Source: Diplonema japonicum (Eukaryota; Protista; Euglenozoa: Diplonemea). From it: a stretch of 64,000 bases of DNA. Location: the NCBI GenBank assembly GCA_964019335.1, contig OZ025662.1, positions 62,001 to 126,000 on the forward strand, read 5' to 3'. Position numbers and translations under genes: made by a program. The notes under the pieces were generated by a model. It saw only the letters and a program-made list of their open reading frames with translations. It was not told where the DNA came from and made no database searches. The number at the start of each line of letters is the position of its first letter. Position 1 is the first letter of the stretch. Of this stretch, positions 42,620-51,600 are shown piece after piece.

Positions 42620-44230
42620 CTACGAGAGTGGCTTGAGCCTTCTGTACTCCCTCAGTCGCATTACCGCATAGGATAGGTAACAGAAACCTTCGATGTCTGA
42701 GGCAGCAGCCTGAATGAGAGACCAGAGACACCAGTGGAGGTGCGCAGCAAGTATCATGACCTGGCATTCTTGGTAGAACTGCTGAACTGTCACTGCACTG
42801 GGCACACTGCCTGTTTTGGTTGTGAGGTACGATGTGATGAAGTCAGTCTGCAAGCCAGGGGAGAGGAGGAGCTGTGGATGGCACCTGTAGCCAGGGTACT
42901 CCGGGAAGAAGTTGTCAAGATATGTCTCGCAGAAAAAGTTTGCAATGTCAAAAGCTTCATAGTCGTACCGCGAGTACTCGAAGTCGATTAGCGTGATGGC
43001 AGGCGTCGAAGAATGCAGGTTGTCTGTCAAGATATTCCCCTCCTGTACATCGCAGTGACAGAAGCTCACACCAGATACGGTGAACTTCTTCACTTCCCCT
43101 TCTAAGTAAGAGATCTCCCCCTCTAGTGCAGCCAGATCGTCCATCTGCGCCAGAAGATCCTTCTTAAGTACCGGCGTTGTCCCGGGTACGTCCTGTGTCT
43201 CATGGGTGAAGCTCACCTTCATCGCAGATTTCAGATAACCCCGTAGGATCTTGAATAAACCAGGCTCGCAAGGAATGCCGGGAATGCTCATGTTGTGGAA
43301 GTCAGCAATCTTCTTGCTCACCTCTGACAGGACCTGCGGCTTGTTAAGGTGGTAGAAGCGCAGTGCCAGGCCATTTGAGAACTCTTCTATCCTGCCGCCG
43401 TCGAAGCTTCCGAACAGCTTGGGTCCCACATTGATCTCGGACAGTGCGCGCACAACTACGGACTCGATGTCCCTGTCTACGAGATCCCCGGATCCCAATA
43501 TTCTAACCACCACCTTGCGGCATTGCCCTTCGGGGACCTCTACAGCTTCAACGGTGTATAACTTATTAGACAAGCCACCCGTGAGGACGCTGATGGCTAG
43601 ATCTTTCCCTTTCCACCCGGGCACCATACTGTGGCACGAGTCGGTGATCAAGCCATTGAGATTCACACATTCTTCATTGGCACAGGGCGCGGTGCCTGCA
43701 CACAGTGCACACCGACTCTTAGCCTTTAGGATCGCAACCACCGAATTGACTTTGTTCGACATTCTGACCAATTCGCTGTCGTCTTCAAAGAAAGCCCTTT
43801 TGAACAAGACAGGCAGCTCGTCTCCTCGGTACCCGTGAGATTGACGGCTGCTCATGTTTTTAACGTATTTTTTGTAGATTTTCACAAGTGCGATATGATT
43901 GAGTTCGACCCACTTCTGAAGGGCGGTCAAGTCCTTTTGCAGCATCTCTGTTTCGTCCAATGTTGCGACCCTGGTCATGCCACTCAACCTATCTTGTAGC
44001 TTATTCAGCCGCTTGCAGTAGAACCTGTCTATCTTTTCTATCTCTGCTTCGAGCTCCTTCCAAAACACATCATTGGAGTCAGCAGCCTTAGTGCCCTCAC
44101 CCTCAACGTTGTTGACGCAGAGCTTCAGAGTGCGCTTCAAATTGCTGTACGCCAGAACACCTTTTTCGAGCTCGGCATCCGTGAGCCCGAAGTCTTTTGT
44201 TTCTGCAATCAGCCTTTCCCCGAATTTCAT
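42620..44230 (-). CDS. SPX domain - choline/ethanolamine kinase fusion protein
   Basis: SPX motifs MKFGERL, YSNLKRTLK, FWKELEAEIEKIDRFY, LNHIALVKIYKKYVK. Kinase motifs LTGGLSNKLY, GPKLFGSFDGGRIEEF, FCHCDVQEGNIL, LIDFEYSRYDYEAFDIANFFCE, HLHWCLWSLIQ. Confidence 0.92.
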   Translation of the reverse strand: MKFGERLIAETKDFGLTDAELEKGVLAYSNLKRTLKLCVNNVEGEGTKAADSNDVFWKELEAEIEKIDRFYCKRLNKLQDRLSGMTRVATLDETEMLQKDLTALQKWVELNHIALVKIYKKYVKNMSSRQSHGYRGDELPVLFKRAFFEDDSELVRMSNKVNSVVAILKAKSRCALCAGTAPCANEECVNLNGLITDSCHSMVPGWKGKDLAISVLTGGLSNKLYTVEAVEVPEGQCRKVVVRILGSGDLVDRDIESVVVRALSEINVGPKLFGSFDGGRIEEFSNGLALRFYHLNKPQVLSEVSKKIADFHNMSIPGIPCEPGLFKILRGYLKSAMKVSFTHETQDVPGTTPVLKKDLLAQMDDLAALEGEISYLEGEVKKFTVSGVSFCHCDVQEGNILTDNLHSSTPAITLIDFEYSRYDYEAFDIANFFCETYLDNFFPEYPGYRCHPQLLLSPGLQTDFITSYLTTKTGSVPSAVTVQQFYQECQVMILAAHLHWCLWSLIQAAASDIEGFCYLSYAVMRLREYRRLKPLS

Positions 44231-44966
44231 GTTTTGTATATTTTTAAAGTGCGGTTTTCCTGTAATGAAAGTGGCATCGGAAAAAGAAAAAGAGAAGCGG
44301 AAAATAAAATCGAAACGCTCTAGTACAATATGTTAAGAAACACATCTACGCAAAGATCATAGCAGCCAATCCAAACCCCACACCGAAGCCAACCACAGCA
44401 AACACCACCGTAGCTGCTATCAGGTACCGTTTACTGACCTGCCTAGGCGGCTCCTCCTTTTGCAGTAAAATGTGTGTTTCGAGAGGAGGTTCACGGGTTT
44501 CTGCTTTTGCCTGTTAAGGGAGGGGGGATACTGTGGATTGAAATATGGACTGACAAGATTGGCCGAACAGCTTAACTCAAAAAGCTCCTCCTGGGCAGAA
44601 AATGGTCCGGCCTGACAAAAAACCACCTTTCATTTGCAGTACTCATAATATTACGAATGAGGTGAATAAAGGATCGACGGCAGACGTAATTAAAATATCT
44701 TGATAGCCAAGGTCTACCGCCCACCAGTCCGTTTCGAATGCAAATATGAAGTGACGTGAAACCTAGGACAATAATGCTCTTCCATTTTCAGGCTGTCGGG
44801 CAGGAAGAGGATCAGTAGAATTACTACCGTATTGCAAACACCGGGCTAGTGAAAAGGTGCAAGACTTACTATTGTCCGAGTTTTTCGTCCAAGGAATGTC
44901 GGCCGGGAGTTCGGACATGTGTCATGTAAGACGCACGTTTTTAACTTTACAATAAAGTTGGGATAC

Positions 44967-45414
44967 CTTTAATCTATCTTCTAATGTTACAATCCGGCGA
45001 TGAAGCAGCTTATTTTCATCGAGAACGGAAGCCCGCTGGTGCGAAAGCTGCTCAATCTGTTGAGTGTTGACCTTGACTTACTTTTGCTCATACTTCAAAA
45101 TTCTTCTCTTCCAACGCCTCGCTTAGTTCGTTTATTTTACTGTTGAGAATCTCGGGCGCGACGGTTAGTTCTTGAGGCTTGGTGCTCGATACAGCCTCGT
45201 CTTGCACATTCTGCGGTGGATAGGGTGACGGAGTTTGTATTTGTGTTTGATCTTCTCCATCACCACTCATGACCGGTACAGCTGGCGGCGATGCGATGTC
45301 TCGTCTAGTACTGATACTCCTTTTGGCACTGTTTGTTCCATAGGTGCCGGATGGTGACGTGGTGTCGGAGTCGTACACCGCATCCCACATGGCCTGAGGG
45401 GATCCTGCCAGCAT
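44967..45414 (-). CDS. Hypothetical coiled-coil protein, multi-exon (3' exons unresolved)
   Basis: MLAGSPQ... exon, 37-nt GT-AG intron at 45057-45093, then IEQLSHQRASVLDENKLLHRRIVTLEDRLK, followed by another GTATCC donor. Confidence 0.6.
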
Positions 45415-45510
45415 AATGAACTGCCTACAAACCCTGAAGAAGCTAGAACAGTGAGAATAAAGCAGACGAATAAATACTGTAAAAAGGTGCCTGGACTGCA
45501 CTATGAAGAA

Positions 45511-45585
45511 TTTTTTTTTCCCTTTTCTCAGGTGTTGCTCTCCATGGCGGCCCTGCAATGGTATTTTGGAAAAAAAAAAAAAAAA
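45511..45585 (+). repeat. Short copy of the family-B LINE terminal motif plus poly(A)
   Basis: CCTTTTCTCAGGTGTTGCTCTCCATGGCGGCCCTGCAWTGGTATTTTG followed by A-run; near-identical to 58681-58754. Confidence 0.85.
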
Positions 45586-47375
45586 GCCCTGGAAGCTGGG
45601 GTGACCGCAAAGGCAGCACATCATCACCACATCACCATCCCTCATCTTTCCCTCTCCACACACAATTCCTCCCCAAACAAGCACTCACAAACTCTCGTCT
45701 CTGGTGACGAAGTATTACCCAGTATCCAAAGGCCTGGACCTAGGGGTGACCACACAGGCAATCTTCACTTTCGCAGAAATCCCGCAGCCAGCGGTCCGCA
45801 CGGAAAACACTTACTGAGCTGCGGGGACATAGAAGCGAACCCCGGTCCAACCACCGAAAAGACAACAAGAGTTGAACACTCTCTCCCTCCCGTCCCCTCT
45901 ACTTCCTCTCTCTCACAGGCACACTCCAACACAACACCACCACCCAACAACATCAACGTACTGTCTCTCAATATCAGATCCCTAACGGTGAGCACCACAG
46001 CGCAGCTGCTGAAGGGCATTGAGACACACAACATCGACGTGCTCCTACTCCAAGAGACTTTCCTGAGGCCGTCAAAAGATATAACCGGAGTCTTCACTGG
46101 GTTCAAGGCATACCGCAGAGACCGAACACGACCGGTGAAAAGAGGAAAGCAAATCAGCGGAGGGGGTCTCGTCACACTGGTCAGAGAATCGATACCGTCG
46201 AAACAGATCGAAGTACCTCAGAAACCCAGCGACGTGACGGAAAGACTCGACGTAGAGATCTCGCTGCCCAACCGGAAGCCGTACAGACTCGTCAACCTGT
46301 ACCTGCCTCCGACAACGGGTAGAGACGGCGACGACAGGCCACCCCCCGAGAAATATTTCCGCCCGGCAGAGCTGCCTCATGACAGTCACACCATCATCGC
46401 CGGTGACATGAACGCCCACCACACGATGTGGGACAAAAGGGGCACACCGAACAAGCTGGGAGAAATACTGCACAGCTGGATGCTGCGATGGGGCTACAGC
46501 ACATGGAACAAGAGCAGCGAAGCCACGATCCTGAACCCGTCAGGAAACCCAACCTCTCCGGACATGGTAATGAGCGGCGCAGAGTTCGACAAATCTTCTT
46601 GGAGGACGTTGCCAGCAATGGGCTCAGACCACGTTCCAATGTTCTTCAGTCTGAGAGGGGGAGTCAGCCAACCGACCAGAAGAGTACTCTACTCTTGGGG
46701 GAGGGAGGCAAGGAGCGCGTACAGGGAGACGATGGAAGAAAAGTGCAGCAGGCTGCTCAGGGCCAGAGACCCGATAAGGCTAAACGCTGAGTTTCGCATG
46801 CTTCTTCTATCGGCAACCGAATCGTGCGTCCCCAGGAAAGGACAGAAGAAAGGGAAGGTTTGGTGGAACGACGAGATTGACGCACTCGCAAGGCGACGAA
46901 GCACACTGAAGGCGAAGCTGTTGTCCGAGGATCACGACGGGAACGACGAAGACCTGGCACGTCTAGCGGCGATGGAGGCAGTGAAAAAAAAAAAAAAAAA
47001 AAAAAAAAAAGGAACAGAAAAAAGTGAACCAAAAAGTACTAGTGAACCCTCTCCCCCTCCCCCTGTGTTTCCCACTATTACCCTGTCGTGCACCCCAACT
47101 TCTGTCTTCACCTTTCCCTGCCCCTTCACACACATCCCCCCGTATCATTTTCCTTTGTTTTGAATTTTCTACCTATGGTGCTGTTTGTTCTCTTCTTGGG
47201 CGAAAGGCTCATGATACCTTCACTTTGATTTTTGATTTCTCAAGCTCTGCTTTTCAACTCAGCTTTGTTGATTTTTTCTTCCTTTCCCCATTTTCCTTTT
47301 ATCCTTTTCAAACCTTCTCTGATGCTCCCGACCCGGCAGTGGAACAGATATTATTATTATTATTATTTAAAAAAA
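45586..47375 (+). mobile_element. Family-A non-LTR retrotransposon, 5'-truncated and internally deleted copy (A1)
   Basis: Near-identical to 48768-50163 (2A plus APE region), then jumps to A27 plus a block matching 53025-53183, and ends in (TTA)n. Confidence 0.92.
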
Positions 47376-47415
47376 GGTAGGGAAGGCTTAAAAAAAAAAA
47401 AAAAAAAAAAAAAAA

Positions 47416-48636
47416 ATGTCAAGTGACAAAATGACGAAGCCGAGCAAGGCGGGCGCCTCCAAGGGGCCCCTACCGGACGGGAGCGAGCCCGACCAAGACC
47501 CGCCGCAGCTAGTGCTGCAAACCACCGAGGTGGTGATCAGAAAGACCCCCCCCGAGACGACCCCCAAGACGAAGCCCACCCGGAAGCACTACGACGCAGT
47601 CGTAGCCCCGCTTGCCCCCAAGCCCACGTGGGCGGCCTTCATTGCGCAGGCTGGACTGGGGAAGTCGATGAGGTTCGACGGTGTCCTAGGCACCATCGTA
47701 ACCACAGGGACTCCCCCTCTTCAGTCCTACTCAGTGAGGGACGGAGACACTACCCATAAGGTGGTGTTCGAGGAGCAGAAGGGATCCTTTAAAAGGAAAC
47801 TACCGGGTGGGTCTCGTAGAGGGACCAAAATAGACTTCCGCAGGGAGTTCGGGGGGGCGAGCTGGTCGCAGGTGTGGGAGCTGGCCGACGAGAAGGAGGG
47901 GAGGAAGAAGAAGGCGAGAGAGGAGAAGGGGGCCAAAGCCGCAAAAAGGAAGGCCGAGGCCAGGGAAAGAGAGGAGAAGCTGGAGGCGAGGATCCAGGCG
48001 CTGGAGAGCGCCGAGAAGGAAGAGGGAGGCGGGATGGAGGACGACTGGGGCTGGAGGGAAGCCATGGACAGGCGGATTGCCGAGTTAGAGCAGGCGAGGG
48101 AACAGGCCGGGCTGTGGGAGAAGGCGTGCGAGAGGAAGGTGGAAGAGGTGGAGATGAGAGGGGTGCGTACGGACGAGAGGACTGAGGAGCTGAACAGGAG
48201 GGTGGGCCTGGTGGAGGGCGAGCTTGGTGGCCTGAGGGGGGAGATTTCTTCCTTGAAGGCGTCATCGGAGAGGACGGAGCGGTCGGTGGAGGAGCTGAAG
48301 CAAGGGATGAACAGATTACTCATCCACTTGACTACAGGAGCCCCCCCACCAGGAACCTCCGAGGAGGCAGACGGGTCCCCAGAACAGAGGGGACACGTGC
48401 CGTCCACCGATGGCGCTGACGAGGGGACTGACACCCCAGACTGCCCCAGGCACGCTGCGACACCGGAGAGAAAGGGTACCGTAGCACCTTTATGCTACGA
48501 CACCCCCCCACCAGCCGAAAGGCTCGTAGGAGTTGCCACAACAAGGCAGACAACCCTACACACCACCCCCTCGCAGACAACGCCCCTGCACAAGGTGAAC
48601 CCTCCCGTAAAAAGGAAGGTTGAAGGCCAGTACTAA
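47416..48636 (+). CDS. Family-A LINE ORF1 (basic region plus coiled coil)
   Basis: 406-aa ORF directly upstream of ORF2 with a central heptad region. Confidence 0.85.
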   Translation: MSSDKMTKPSKAGASKGPLPDGSEPDQDPPQLVLQTTEVVIRKTPPETTPKTKPTRKHYDAVVAPLAPKPTWAAFIAQAGLGKSMRFDGVLGTIVTTGTPPLQSYSVRDGDTTHKVVFEEQKGSFKRKLPGGSRRGTKIDFRREFGGASWSQVWELADEKEGRKKKAREEKGAKAAKRKAEAREREEKLEARIQALESAEKEEGGGMEDDWGWREAMDRRIAELEQAREQAGLWEKACERKVEEVEMRGVRTDERTEELNRRVGLVEGELGGLRGEISSLKASSERTERSVEELKQGMNRLLIHLTTGAPPPGTSEEADGSPEQRGHVPSTDGADEGTDTPDCPRHAATPERKGTVAPLCYDTPPPAERLVGVATTRQTTLHTTPSQTTPLHKVNPPVKRKVEGQY

Positions 48637-51600
48637 GGGCCGTGCAATCTCATTCAACACCCCTTTCACCCCCTTTCCCACACCGTCTCTCACTCCCTGT
48701 CCCTACTCCCAAACCCCCAACACTACACCCCATCTAAACGAAGATGAAGTACTACCCAGCCTCTCAAGCCCTGGAAGCTGGGGTGACCGCAAAGGCAGCA
48801 CATCATCACCACATCACCATCCCTCATCTTTCCCTCTCTCCACACACAATTCCTCCCCAAACAAGCACTCACAAACTCCCGTCACCGGTGACGAAGTATT
48901 ACCCAGTATCCAAAGGCCTGGACCTAGGGGTGACCACACAGGCAATCTTCACATTCGCAGAAATCCCGCAGCCAGCGGTCCGCACGGAAAACACTTACTG
49001 AGCTGCGGGGACATAGAAGCGAACCCCGGTCCAACCACCGAAAAGACAACAAGAGTTGAACACTCTCTCCCTCCCGTCCCCTCTACTTCCTCTCTCTCAC
49101 AGGCACACTCCAACACAACACCACCACCCAACAACATCAACGTACTGTCTCTCAATGTCAGATCCCTAACGGTGAGCACCACAGCGCAGCTGCTGAAGGG
49201 CATTGAGACACACAACATCGACGTGCTCCTACTCCAAGAGACTTTCCTGAGGCCGTCGAAAGATATAACCGGAGTCTTCACTGGGTTCAAGGCATACCGC
49301 AGAGACCGAACACGACCGGTGAAAAGAGGAAAGCAAATCAGCGGAGGGGGTCTCGTCACACTGGTCAGAGAATCGATACCGTCGAAACAGATCGAAGTTA
49401 TTCAGAAACCCAGCGACGTGACGGAAAGACTCGACGTAGAGATCTCGCTGCCCAACCGGAAGCCGTACAGACTCGTCAACCTGTACCTGCCTCCGACAAC
49501 GGGTAGAGACGGCGACGACAGACCACCCCCCGAGAAATATTTCCGCCCGGCAGAGCTGCCTCATGACAGTTACACCATCATCGCCGGTGACATGAACGCC
49601 CACCACACGATGTGGGACAAAAGGGGCACACCGAATAAGCTGGGAGAAATACTGCACAGCTGGATGCTGCGATGGGGCTACAGCACATGGAACAAGAGCA
49701 GCGAAGCCACGATCCTGAACCCGTCAGGAAACCCAACCTCTCCGGACATGGTAATGAGCGGCGCAGAGTTCGACAAATCTTCTTGGAGGACGTTGCCAGC
49801 AATGGGCTCAGACCACGTTCCGATGTTCTTCAGTCTGAGAGGGGGAGTCAGCCAACCGACCAGAAGAGTACTCTACTCTTGGGGGAAGGAGGCAAGGAGC
49901 GCGTACAGGGAGACGATGGAAGAAAAGTGCAGCAGGCTGCTCAGGGCCAGAGACCCGATAAGGCTAAACGCTGAGTTTCGCACACTTCTTCTATCGGCAA
50001 CCGAATCGTGCGTCCCCAGGAAAGGACAGAAGAAAGGGAAGGTTTGGTGGAACGACGAGATTGACGCACTCGCAAGGCGACGAAGCACACTGAAGGCGAA
50101 GCTGTTGTCCGAGGATCACGACGGGAACGACGAAGACCTGGCACGTCTAGCGGCGATGGAGGCTGAGCTGGACAGGGCGATAACGAGCGGGAAGCAGGCT
50201 GCCTGGGGCGACTACACCAAGAAGTTGTCCAAGGACGGAAACCTGACGCAAGCCTTCTCGGTCATCCGCAGATTCGACGGTCGCAGCGAGAAGCCACCAA
50301 TAGCCCCGCTCCGACGAGGAAACGGTATCGCCACCACCGACAGGGAGAAGGCCAGTGTACTCGTCGAACACTACGCGAGGGCCTGCTCCCCAAGGACGAC
50401 TGCCAAGTCGGAGGAAGTGATCACCACCATCAAGAAGGACGCGAAGCCCGGGACAGACAACGACTTCCCCCTGGTAACGAAGGACGAGCTGGACTCGGTG
50501 CTGCGAAGGCTGAAGAAGGGCAAGGCTCCGGGCCCAGACGGCATCTACAACGAAATGCTGAAGTACCTGGGACCGGTGGCCAGGGAAGTTCAACTCCTCC
50601 TCTACAACTCATCCCTCCAGACCGGTGTCGTCCCTGCCGAATGGAGGCGGTCTTCCATCATCCCCCTCATGAAAAAGGGCAAAGACCAATCCGAACCCGC
50701 CTCGTACAGGCCGATCGCGCTGACGTCAAACATCGTGAAGACGTTGGAGCGAATAGTCAAGGACAGGATGTGCTTCCTGCAGGACACAGGACGGGTAAGG
50801 CAATTGCACACATCGCAGGCGGGTTTCCGGAAAGGGAGGTCCACGGAGGAAAACGTGCTGTACGCCGCCTCAAAGCTCAAAAGTGTCAGACTGAGCCAAG
50901 GTCTGGGGGGTCTCCTGCTGTTCGACTTCAAAGGAGCCTTCGACACAGTCTGGCACAAGGGAGTGATCGCAAAGCTGATAGGCGACGGATACCCTCCCAA
51001 GCTCGTGAAATGGATCACCTCTTTCCTCGACCAACGTAAAGCCTCCGTCTGTGTGAACGGGGAACACGGCTGCGTGAAGACAATGACAGGGGGCGTACCC
51101 CAAGGCACCATCCTGGCCCCGCAGCTCTTTTCCATCTACGTCAACGACCTGGCCAGGTTGTACAGGAAGGCTGGAATCGACGCGGTAGTGTACGCAGACG
51201 ACATAGCGATAGTGCTGGAGGCGGGGAGTCCTGCCGAGCTGAACAAGAAGGTGCAACGCGCGGTGAGCCTCACGGAGCGATGGTGCGAGACGTTCTCGAT
51301 GAAACTGTCCCAGGAAAAGACAGAGTTCATGCCGGTAGAGGGACAGTTCTGGAACTCGCACGACAGTCTCGCAAACCTCATCAACGCCCGCTTCCCCTCG
51401 AGTGGGGCGAAAGTCAAGGTGGTACGCGAGGCTAAATATCTTGGCGTCACCTTCGACGAAAGCATGAACTTCCACGAGCATGTGCAGAAGGTGAAGGGAA
51501 AGATCAACAGCCGTCTTCGCCTGCTGCGCAAACTCGCCGGAACAAGGTGGGGCTGCCGCAAGCACACCCTAAGGACGCTGTACCTGACGTACGTCCAACC

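Noticed and set aside
47376-47416. HDV-like ribozyme / 77-nt ingi-L1Tc signature at element 5' ends
   Set aside because: The 5' ends are short and A-rich; I could not build the nested double pseudoknot here or in the UTR segments.
48743-48800. Twister ribozyme or SECIS resemblance (TCAAGCCCTGG; ATGAA..TGA)
   Set aside because: Required flanking motifs and helix lengths are missing and are not preserved in the second repeat.
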